A DNA stretch of 20,458 nt from a virus: the IMG/VR virus record IMGVR_UViG_3300006065_000007, positions 1-20,458 of that record, one strand, 5' to 3'. Below the pieces are notes generated by a model. That model had not been told where the DNA came from. It saw nothing but the letters and a program-made list of their open reading frames with translations, and did no database searches. Both the position numbers and the translations under genes were made by a program. Every line of letters starts with the position of its first letter. Within the stretch, counting starts at the first letter, position 1. This document shows positions 8,863 to 16,942 of the stretch, one piece after another.

Positions 8863-11800
8863 TATTCTATTGGGTTAAAAAAATCTTTAGGACCAAAATT
8901 TTCAATAAATCTATCTAAACCTGTTTTTCCGGGTCTTAATCCAAAATAAAACGTAAAAGGTGTTGATAGAATTTGTCTGTTTGATGTATAATAATCTTGT
9001 GTTTTTCTTATTATAAAAGTTCCAATATTCCATTGAGTTGTATCCCAACTAGTTATTGTAATTCCAGTATCTACTTTAGTATATAAAATACCTGATGTTG
9101 GATTATCTTCAGTACCACCAGTTACTTCTAAATATGTAAAACCAGGGTATGCTGATTCATATAATGTTTCTGAAAATGGTGTTTCTGATATTACATTAAA
9201 ATCTAAAGATAAATCCGAATCGAATGTAAAACCGGTATATGTAAAACCAGAATACGTATATGTCATTGGTAATAATAAATATTTATTATTATCAGTTATA
9301 GTAGTTCCACCGACATTATACATTCCTTGTAACGGTTGTACAGTTATTCCACTATATTTATAGTCCCAAGATTGATCGTCCATTCCCGAACCAGATGTAG
9401 GACCGAATCCAGTACCTTTCTTATCCCATAGATAAAATGGAACTAATTGTGATGATTCAGTTAAATTACCAGGTTGATTTATACATGCACGAATTCTTTG
9501 ACCATCACCACTTAAATAAAATGTTATTGCTATAGGTCCACCATTAAAAATTTGATTTGTTGGTGGTGCATCAGGATCTAAAAATTGAAAAGAATAACCA
9601 GCATAATTTAAACTTTGTAAATCAAACTCTTCAATACCTGTTTCATTATGAATTGAAATTAACTGAAGTATGTCACCATCAAAAGCTCTTTTCATTCCAT
9701 AACTATTAAACCCATCATTATCAAAAAATTTATTTATATTAAATTGTTTATCTGCAACATCCAATCTATAATTAATTGCTAAACCCAGAAGTTCACCAAA
9801 ATCTTGAAAAGATGTTGAACCTATTGATCTTGAAACAGAACAATTAGGATCCAATGATTTGTCTAAACAAATTTCTTTTATAAACTCGTCTCTAGGTCCT
9901 AAATCAACTAATGTTGTTGGTCTACCCAATCTTATAATACCTGTTGTATCTGGATATCCAGTAAAACCTGTTAATGGATCTAAAAGTGGATTAAAAAGTG
10001 TTGATCTATAATAAAACCTTTCATCTATTTCACTATAATGTAATAATTTTTTACAATATTTTACCTTAGTTTCCTTTTTCTTATCTTTTATTTTAGATTT
10101 AAATTGAAAGAAATATAACGAACCAGATAACCAATTATCGATATATGAAAAATTAACTATACCACCACAAAATAATGTACCAATACGTTTTCTTCTGTAA
10201 TATTCTAATATAATACCTAATAAACGACCATTTGTTTGAGTACCAGGAACAACATAAAAAATACCATTAGAAAATTCAGATTGTCCAGATTCGGTAATTA
10301 AACTATATGTTTCATTTTTATATTTTTCAACAAGTTTTCTATTACCATTTCTATTTGATAAATTAGTTCCTGAAACTTCCATTCCTGCAGTATAACCACT
10401 TAATGGAATAATTTCTCTATTAGGTCCATAATAAAATTCTATAACTTCTTCATTATAAGGTACATCATAAATATCACAACCAGATTCCATTTCAATAATA
10501 GTACCTTCAGTATCACCACTAAAAACAGTTAATGAATATATAGGTACGTTATTATAAGTAATATTTTCATTAAATACCCTATCTCTATCTAAAAAATAAA
10601 ATGTACCACTATCTTCATAAAAATATTTATCATCACTTATATATAAAGGAACACCATTATAAAGAATAAAATAAGAACTACCATTAGTTATTAATTCTTG
10701 TTTCAATTCGTCTTCTGCGGTTACACCTGTATATATTGTAATTCCGGTACATACTACATTATCTTGTGTTATATTTGTTATTTCAACATCGTTTGATGAA
10801 CTATTACCTAAAATAGTTGCGGTAGCAAATAAACAATAATTATCATCATTAATTAATCCCGCAGCTTCATTATAATTTAAATCTTCATCGTCTCTACATT
10901 CATCACATTCTGGATATGTTATTAAATATAATTTCTTTTGTCCTGATGATTGTAAACTATATGCTCCCTTTCTAAATGGTTCTTCTAAAAATCTAGTTGG
11001 CCATTGATCAAAAATATTTGCAATACTATGTAAAAAATTTGCTAGAGTATTAAAAACCAATAAAATAACTAAATTAAACACATGTTCCACAAATAATAAC
11101 ATATCTGCAATTAATAATTGAAATGTGTAATTTTTAACACCAAAATTTACAGGTGGTGTTACAGCGTCACCACCACAATCATCATCATCCCCTGGAACAG
11201 CATCTTTAATACCTAAAAATCTATCTTTTTCCATCGTATTTCCCTTAAAATGTGAACCATTAAAAGATGAAACAGTGTAAACTTTATTATACGTGACTCT
11301 ATAAAAATAATCTTTAGGTTGAAAAAAACCGTCTGATGAATTTAGAATTAAATCTATTGAATCTTCAGGGTAGTCTTGAAAATCTAATGAAAATGAATAA
11401 GATTTTGATTCTTCATCATTGTATTCTCTTATATTTGGAACTAAATAACTACCAATAGTTCTTGTTCTTGATAAGCCAGAATCATTTAAACTTAATCTTA
11501 ATCTATAACAAGATGATGTAGGTATTCCAATGTTGGGATTATTAGTATATTCGTTTTCACCAAATTCATTTGTATATATATATTCCATATTCATAGGTAA
11601 TAGAATCATAAATGAACCTTCATCATCTATTGTTCCTAAATTTTCAATATATTCTAACAATGGTTTTCCATCTTCATCATATTGTGATGTGAATCTTATA
11701 CCTTCAACTATACCAGATTTTGTTATTAATTCACATTTTTTACCCATTTTTTTCTTGGGTGTACAATTTTTATTGATAGACATTTTATCTGAATCAGTAT

Positions 11801-12578
11801 ATGTTCCACCTATTAGATATGCATTAGGTTCTATTTTCAATCCATATTCTGATAAATCAAAATCTGTTCGTGTTATGGAAATGTCACATAATTCTGGATT
11901 ACCCCAGAATGGATAAACCTCGATAGTTTTATCAAATGTTTTTATTTGTGGTAAACTATTTAAATTTTCACTAGCATCAAATTCATAATTATTTTTAAAT
12001 TGACCGACACTAGCACCATTTATAATAAAATCATATGGTCTTAAAGAAAAACAACCAATATCCGATAAATCTAAATCAACATGTAAAATTTGTTGACCTA
12101 TTGGTACACCCCATATCATAAAATCACCAGCATCATTTGTTTTTACTGTGTATTTATAATATTTTTCATATACTTCTAAAATTTCGTCCCTTGTTAATAT
12201 ATCTAATTGATCTGGAAAAGTACCAGTCGCTTCATGTCCGCCATGTTGTTTTCTTGCTGGTAATAAATTATAACGAAATCCATCTTCATTTAAATCACTT
12301 GGTGATTTATATGGATATAATTCTGAAATTACAGGGTCATCCTCATCTTCTTCAGATAAAGGAACAAAAATAGAAATTTTTGCGTTTGGTACACCGAAAC
12401 CATTGTTAACAGTTATTCTACCAACAACAACACCATAATCAGAACATAATGAAGTATATATATCTTTTTGTGTTAATTTTAAAGATAGTATTTCTAACAA
12501 ATCAAAAGATTGTTGTAATTCAACTGTGATTTTTTGGTTACTACCGATATCGGTTTTAATTCTAAATTTTTCCATCAT
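8862..12578 (-). CDS. Large putative baseplate/tail-associated protein (1238 aa) with an N-terminal carboxypeptidase-regulatory/prealbumin-like beta-sandwich and a central hydrophobic segment
   Basis: GVVVGRITVNNGFGVPNAKISIF...TVKTNDAGDFMIWGVPIGQQILHV resembles the G.I.G.V...G.P..A.V...TD..G.F.I..VP.G pattern of CarboxypepD_reg-like domains. Directly follows gp6. Confidence 0.7.
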   Translation of the reverse strand: MMEKFRIKTDIGSNQKITVELQQSFDLLEILSLKLTQKDIYTSLCSDYGVVVGRITVNNGFGVPNAKISIFVPLSEEDEDDPVISELYPYKSPSDLNEDGFRYNLLPARKQHGGHEATGTFPDQLDILTRDEILEVYEKYYKYTVKTNDAGDFMIWGVPIGQQILHVDLDLSDIGCFSLRPYDFIINGASVGQFKNNYEFDASENLNSLPQIKTFDKTIEVYPFWGNPELCDISITRTDFDLSEYGLKIEPNAYLIGGTYTDSDKMSINKNCTPKKKMGKKCELITKSGIVEGIRFTSQYDEDGKPLLEYIENLGTIDDEGSFMILLPMNMEYIYTNEFGENEYTNNPNIGIPTSSCYRLRLSLNDSGLSRTRTIGSYLVPNIREYNDEESKSYSFSLDFQDYPEDSIDLILNSSDGFFQPKDYFYRVTYNKVYTVSSFNGSHFKGNTMEKDRFLGIKDAVPGDDDDCGGDAVTPPVNFGVKNYTFQLLIADMLLFVEHVFNLVILLVFNTLANFLHSIANIFDQWPTRFLEEPFRKGAYSLQSSGQKKLYLITYPECDECRDDEDLNYNEAAGLINDDNYCLFATATILGNSSSNDVEITNITQDNVVCTGITIYTGVTAEDELKQELITNGSSYFILYNGVPLYISDDKYFYEDSGTFYFLDRDRVFNENITYNNVPIYSLTVFSGDTEGTIIEMESGCDIYDVPYNEEVIEFYYGPNREIIPLSGYTAGMEVSGTNLSNRNGNRKLVEKYKNETYSLITESGQSEFSNGIFYVVPGTQTNGRLLGIILEYYRRKRIGTLFCGGIVNFSYIDNWLSGSLYFFQFKSKIKDKKKETKVKYCKKLLHYSEIDERFYYRSTLFNPLLDPLTGFTGYPDTTGIIRLGRPTTLVDLGPRDEFIKEICLDKSLDPNCSVSRSIGSTSFQDFGELLGLAINYRLDVADKQFNINKFFDNDGFNSYGMKRAFDGDILQLISIHNETGIEEFDLQSLNYAGYSFQFLDPDAPPTNQIFNGGPIAITFYLSGDGQRIRACINQPGNLTESSQLVPFYLWDKKGTGFGPTSGSGMDDQSWDYKYSGITVQPLQGMYNVGGTTITDNNKYLLLPMTYTYSGFTYTGFTFDSDLSLDFNVISETPFSETLYESAYPGFTYLEVTGGTEDNPTSGILYTKVDTGITITSWDTTQWNIGTFIIRKTQDYYTSNRQILSTPFTFYFGLRPGKTGLDRFIENFGPKDFFNPIE

Positions 12579-12582
12579 TTAC

Positions 12583-12605
12583 TATAAATAGATTTAAATC
12601 TATTT
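12583..12605 (-). promoter_or_regulatory. Sense TATTTATA (12590-12583) overlapping a perfect 20-bp palindrome (12586-12605)
   Basis: aaatagatttaaatctattt is self-complementary. TATTTATA ends 4 nt before ATG 12578. Confidence 0.5.
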
Positions 12606-12634
12606 TATATAATGAAAGATACGAAAAATAAAAA

Positions 12635-14467
12635 TTAATATGTAGTGGAAGTAAGACTTTTAACCCTAATTTTTATATCATTTTCTGGATATCTAAGTTG
12701 AAATATTTGATTTGATTTCATAAAAATAATCATATCTGATTGTGAAATTTCTTTTGTGGTATCATCAACATATGATTGTGATACTTCAGAAATCGAATAT
12801 TTTCCACCAATTTTATTGAAAACTCTAATGTCTATTATGTTTATAACACCTATAACATTACCTATTTCTCTCATTAAATCACCCACAAACAATGGATCAC
12901 CCATCGTTCTTTTTTCAATACTAAAAAAATTGGTAGTAGTTTCGATTATTTGTCTTAAAATATCTGTTTGATTTTCATTTTTATTAATCATAACATCAAT
13001 TTCTAAAGATAAATCAATAACTTCACCAGAAGATACTTCTAAATAATCATTTAACATTCTATATTTTGTTAAATAATTTAATATATTATGTTTAAGAGTA
13101 TTAGAAACATCATCAGATAAATTACCTTCATCATCATATGATAATAAAAGTATTTTAACCTTATTATCTTCTTCCATTACATTGACTTTTGCAGGTGCAC
13201 CAAACGTAGATGGCATAGTTTGAATCATTGATTTATAATCATTTAATGTAACTGCTCTGTTTTGTGCAGCAAAATTATAAGCTATCATATTTCTTATTTC
13301 TTCAACTGTCGGTGCATCCGCACCACCAATTGCTGGCGTTACATTAGTTACAGTTAATGATTGTTCAACTTGTCCGTTTATATTTGAATTTGGTCCATTA
13401 ATTACAAAGTCTATTAGTTCTATTGTAGATATAACATTAACACCTAAATTACTTTCTTTTCCCCCACCAATTCTATATTTAACAAATAATGTAGTATTTG
13501 CTTTTGGAACATTACCCAATGACATATTGTTTAAAAAGGTAGTTATATTAACTTTCATTGCTCCGTTCATGTAGTTATTTAAATTATCCATAGGGTCAAC
13601 ATTACCTGACCCAAATGTAATGGAAAAATAATTTTCTGGTGTATATTCTGTAATAAATTTTTTTGAAACTGGTATATATGTTCCCGCTTTGAAATTATTT
13701 CTATCTGAAACCGATGTTGAATTTTCAACAAAAACTTCACTTTCTACTAAAGATTTAACTTCATACCATTTATTTACATTCGACACAAACTCTGAATATG
13801 TTGGATTAGCACCATAATTTGTTCCATCTTTATGTATAATAGATGTAACCCCTAAAACATTTTTTTCTGGTAAATAAAACTTTAAAAAAGGTTTTTGATC
13901 TAATTCTGTTATAACTCTTCTATAAATTCTTGTTACACCATTAACTACAGCTTCCCTTTTTACAATGGTATAAGATACTAACTTATTGTTATTATCAAAA
14001 TTAGGAATTTTTAATCTATTTGGTTCGCCTCTACTATTAAATGGATTAGAAAAATCAATATCTTCAATTGTTTCAAAAATTTGTCCACCACCCGATACTT
14101 GTGCTCCTGCTCTTAAAATACCTTCATATCTTTCATCATCTTTATCACCTCTAACTGGAACATTAATACTGAAATCACATAACGCAACTGATGGTCTTAA
14201 ACCCGGTAATTTCATACCATATGTTTTAGCAATATGAAATAATGATTGTCTTTGTTGTGCAAAATCCAACATTGTTTCTTGCCATACTCTATCAATATGA
14301 AAATGTAAATTATCTGCCACTGCAGCATTTAAATCTAATAATACAGAATAAATTGATGCATCATTATAATTACTAATTAAATCAGGATAATATTGTTTTG
14401 TTAGGTTAATTAGTTCTTGTCTTAAACCTGAAAAATCCCTAGTTGCGTATGAAATCTGTTTTGACAT
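12635..14467 (-). CDS. Baseplate wedge protein, T4 gp6 / baseplate J-like (610 aa)
   Basis: N-terminal YATRDFSGLRQEL, ETMLDFAQQRQSLFHIAKTYG, and GGADAPTVEEIR...AQNRAVTLNDY are typical gp6/J motifs. Adjacent to gp25. Confidence 0.9.
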   Translation of the reverse strand: MSKQISYATRDFSGLRQELINLTKQYYPDLISNYNDASIYSVLLDLNAAVADNLHFHIDRVWQETMLDFAQQRQSLFHIAKTYGMKLPGLRPSVALCDFSINVPVRGDKDDERYEGILRAGAQVSGGGQIFETIEDIDFSNPFNSRGEPNRLKIPNFDNNNKLVSYTIVKREAVVNGVTRIYRRVITELDQKPFLKFYLPEKNVLGVTSIIHKDGTNYGANPTYSEFVSNVNKWYEVKSLVESEVFVENSTSVSDRNNFKAGTYIPVSKKFITEYTPENYFSITFGSGNVDPMDNLNNYMNGAMKVNITTFLNNMSLGNVPKANTTLFVKYRIGGGKESNLGVNVISTIELIDFVINGPNSNINGQVEQSLTVTNVTPAIGGADAPTVEEIRNMIAYNFAAQNRAVTLNDYKSMIQTMPSTFGAPAKVNVMEEDNKVKILLLSYDDEGNLSDDVSNTLKHNILNYLTKYRMLNDYLEVSSGEVIDLSLEIDVMINKNENQTDILRQIIETTTNFFSIEKRTMGDPLFVGDLMREIGNVIGVINIIDIRVFNKIGGKYSISEVSQSYVDDTTKEISQSDMIIFMKSNQIFQLRYPENDIKIRVKSLTSTTY

Positions 14468-14503
14468 TATAATGTTTTTTAAATATATTATTATTAATTA
14501 TTA

Positions 14504-14953
14504 TTATATATTGATGATTATGAAATCAGAAGATGAAAATGCTCCGTTATTAACTGTATAATCTATTTTAACTATGGCAGTATATGGTTTACTAGATTCA
14601 GATGAAACTCTAAATAATCTTTCATCTTCCTCTTCACTATATGTTCTCATTGAATCAGGATCGTCTTCAGCAAAAATAACAGTAATAGAATTAATATCTA
14701 AATTGGGAATATATTTTCTTACACCCTCTCTAATTTCATCTTCAATATGACTATGTGTTATCATATCATTTTGATTGAATATATATTCATATAATCTAGT
14801 TCCAAAATCAGGTAAAAAATATCTACTACCTTTTCTAGTTAAAAGTAAATGAATAAGATCCGCTCTTATTTCTTTTTCCGGAGTTGTTGTCATTTGTAGA
14901 AAATCACCCGTTCTACTATCTCTAAATGGAAAATCAATACCATATGTCGCCAT
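14504..14953 (-). CDS. Baseplate wedge / sheath-initiator protein, GPW/gp25 family (149 aa)
   Basis: GIDFPF...IRADLIHLLLTRKGSRYFLPDFGTRLYEYIF is the gp25 signature. Start moved from TTG 14989, which lies inside the terminator hairpin, to ATG 14953. Confidence 0.92.
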   Translation of the reverse strand: MATYGIDFPFRDSRTGDFLQMTTTPEKEIRADLIHLLLTRKGSRYFLPDFGTRLYEYIFNQNDMITHSHIEDEIREGVRKYIPNLDINSITVIFAEDDPDSMRTYSEEEDERLFRVSSESSKPYTAIVKIDYTVNNGAFSSSDFIIINI

Positions 14954-14956
14954 AAC

Positions 14957-14964
14957 TATAAATA
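14957..14964 (-). promoter_or_regulatory. Putative late promoter motif TATTTATA
   Basis: Lies between the terminator and the gp25 ATG (3 nt upstream of it), where a new structural-gene transcript would need to start. Confidence 0.55.
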
Positions 14965-14974
14965 TATCTATTTT

Positions 14975-15012
14975 AAAAAATAAAATCAAGACATTTTCTT
15001 AATGTCCTGATT
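14975..15012 (-). terminator. Rho-independent terminator after nrdJ
   Basis: Minus-strand RNA AAUCAGGACAUU-AAGAA-AAUGUCUUGAUU forms a 12-bp stem with one G-U pair, which pairs only on this strand, followed by UUAUUUUUU. Confidence 0.8.
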
Positions 15013-15063
15013 GTCCAGATAGAATATAAGATTACACCTGTATAACTATAACTTTATAAAAAA

Positions 15064-16923
15064 CTATTTAATTTCACATGCATTTCCAGCACAAGCAAGT
15101 TCCCCTGAAAGATTTGTATCATCTTGTAGTTCTATTACTTTAGTTAAATCAATTGTATGTAATTTTGAAAATAACTCATCGAATTGTTCTTTTGTACAAT
15201 CCTCAAATGGTGGTTGTTTATATGTTCCCGAATCATATGGTAATACCGATAATCCATTATAATAATCACGATTTATCCACATCCATTCACCAACTTCTTC
15301 CCATTCTTGGGGTTTTAAACTTATAGTTGCAGATACATTATGTGTATTAGAACCATTTCTATGACCTGGTTTAATCCAATTTTGTGAAATATGTTTTACT
15401 CTTTCTAACAATTGAATTGGTGATTCAGTTCTTAAAATAGAACCTTTTGGTGCCGATTGTGGAACAGATATTATTGCTGTGTCATGTGGTCTGAAAAAAT
15501 CATCTTCTAATAATTCAGGATGGTTTATCATTAAATAGGTATAAATAGATTCATTTTTTCCTACCCTTATTCTACGTATATAATAATCGTTATGCCATGC
15601 GTGAATACCACTTGAAGTACCTAAAACTAAAGATGCAGTTCCACTTGGTTTTACTGTGGTAGTACGTGCAGCTTTATTAATACCAATCAATTCAGCAACA
15701 CGTGCATTTTCCTCTTTAACTATTTTAGCAGTAATTTTCGTATCATATTGTAAAATTTTTCCTGAACCTATTCCAGTCATAGAAACACCAATAAGGGCTT
15801 CTTTTTCAGTTGTTCTTTTCCAAATATCCCTTAAATAATGAAAATCTGTATATCCAGCTTGTAATGTACCAATAAATGTAGCTGCACGAACTCTTTCATT
15901 CAAATCTTCTTGTGATTCAATATCTGAAACATTAACTTCACATAGATTACAAAATTGATTTGGTCTAAGAGCTATCTCACAACATGGATTTGTACCGTAT
16001 TCTTTATCGTTTGTTAAATAAATTCCAGGTTCTCCCGCACCAGAAGCTTCAACTCTATGCCATAAATCCATAAAAAATTCTTTAGTTATTCTATGTCGTA
16101 ATAAAACAGCTGAATTATTTGATCTTCCTCTTTGTGGGTTTTTTTCCCACCATTGTCCTGATTTACAAGATATCATTTCATTATCATCTGCACTAAACAA
16201 TGAAATTAATGCCGCTCTACGAATACCACCAGCTAATACAGCATCAGCAATATGACATATAATATCGTGAACTTCAATTGGTTCTAATTTATCACCATCT
16301 TCTTTAGATTCTAAAATTTTAGTTATATGATGAATACAATCTTTTAACGGTTGTGGTCCAGGTGCTTTACCACCTGATGTTACTAATTGTGCCCCTTTTG
16401 GTCTTATGTCTGAAAAATCAAAAATAGGTATTGACGAAGATAACCCAAAATAAGTTTTTATCAAAACTTTAATTGAATCCGCCCATCCTTCAATACTATC
16501 ACCTATCAAATATCGTCTAGTTCTATTTTTATTTGGTTTTCTAATTTCAGGTAATTTTTCTACATGATGTTTTTGAACTGAATAACCAACACCCGTACCT
16601 CCTAATAACAAGAACATAATTTCCGAAAAAACATCAACATGATCGATAGGGGTATATGCACAATTAAAAATCCTATTCGGACTAATTTCAATTGGTTTAC
16701 CACCAAATTGCATTGATCTCATTGATGGTAAAACTTTTTTAACATGTACAAATTGATAAACGTATTTTATTTCTTCTTTTATTTGTGGGTATTTTTTTAT
16801 ATGCATATTCATATTTCTAGTTACGATCTCATCCCATGTTTCTCGTCTATTTAATTGAGGTATATATTTAGCATACTTCATATACACCGTCAAATCAGAT
16901 AAAATTTTTTGTGAAATATCCAT
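15064..16923 (-). CDS. nrdJ: Class II (adenosylcobalamin-dependent) ribonucleotide reductase, monomeric RTPR-like (619 aa)
   Basis: Motifs RRETWDE, PSMRSM, FNCAY, GGTGVGYS, GGIRRAALI, GEPG, TNPCCEI (thiyl-radical Cys), CNLCEVN, TTVKPSGT and C-terminal redox pair CAGNAC. No ATP cone and no adjacent nrdB. Confidence 0.92.
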   Translation of the reverse strand: MDISQKILSDLTVYMKYAKYIPQLNRRETWDEIVTRNMNMHIKKYPQIKEEIKYVYQFVHVKKVLPSMRSMQFGGKPIEISPNRIFNCAYTPIDHVDVFSEIMFLLLGGTGVGYSVQKHHVEKLPEIRKPNKNRTRRYLIGDSIEGWADSIKVLIKTYFGLSSSIPIFDFSDIRPKGAQLVTSGGKAPGPQPLKDCIHHITKILESKEDGDKLEPIEVHDIICHIADAVLAGGIRRAALISLFSADDNEMISCKSGQWWEKNPQRGRSNNSAVLLRHRITKEFFMDLWHRVEASGAGEPGIYLTNDKEYGTNPCCEIALRPNQFCNLCEVNVSDIESQEDLNERVRAATFIGTLQAGYTDFHYLRDIWKRTTEKEALIGVSMTGIGSGKILQYDTKITAKIVKEENARVAELIGINKAARTTTVKPSGTASLVLGTSSGIHAWHNDYYIRRIRVGKNESIYTYLMINHPELLEDDFFRPHDTAIISVPQSAPKGSILRTESPIQLLERVKHISQNWIKPGHRNGSNTHNVSATISLKPQEWEEVGEWMWINRDYYNGLSVLPYDSGTYKQPPFEDCTKEQFDELFSKLHTIDLTKVIELQDDTNLSGELACAGNACEIK

Positions 16924-16942
16924 TTTTACTTTATTTTTTTTT

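Noticed and set aside
12614-12621. TATCTTTC resembling the Bacteroidota -7 promoter element TAnnTTTG
   Set aside because: It mismatches the conserved final G and is a single instance; too weak to call.
14486-14506. (TAA)n run with tandem stops after gp25; also the A-run upstream of nrdJ (about 16934-16943)
   Set aside because: Low-complexity AT-rich spacer sequence with no evidence of function or frameshift.
14580-14670. Acidic stretch in gp25 (AEDDPDSMRTYSEEEDERLFRV)
   Set aside because: Probably a lineage-specific loop insertion; cannot be assessed without an alignment.
12635-14953. Bacterial contractile injection system (T6SS, eCIS or tailocin) as the source of gp25 and gp6
   Set aside because: They are co-oriented with phage-type helicase, exonuclease, UvsX and NrdJ genes, and no bacterial housekeeping or T6SS membrane genes are present.
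15064-15066. Possible TAG reassignment (as in Lak or some crAss-like phages), since nrdJ is the only gene ending in TAG
   Set aside because: The TAG falls right after the expected C-terminal CEIK, and all genes are intact with dense coding under the standard code.
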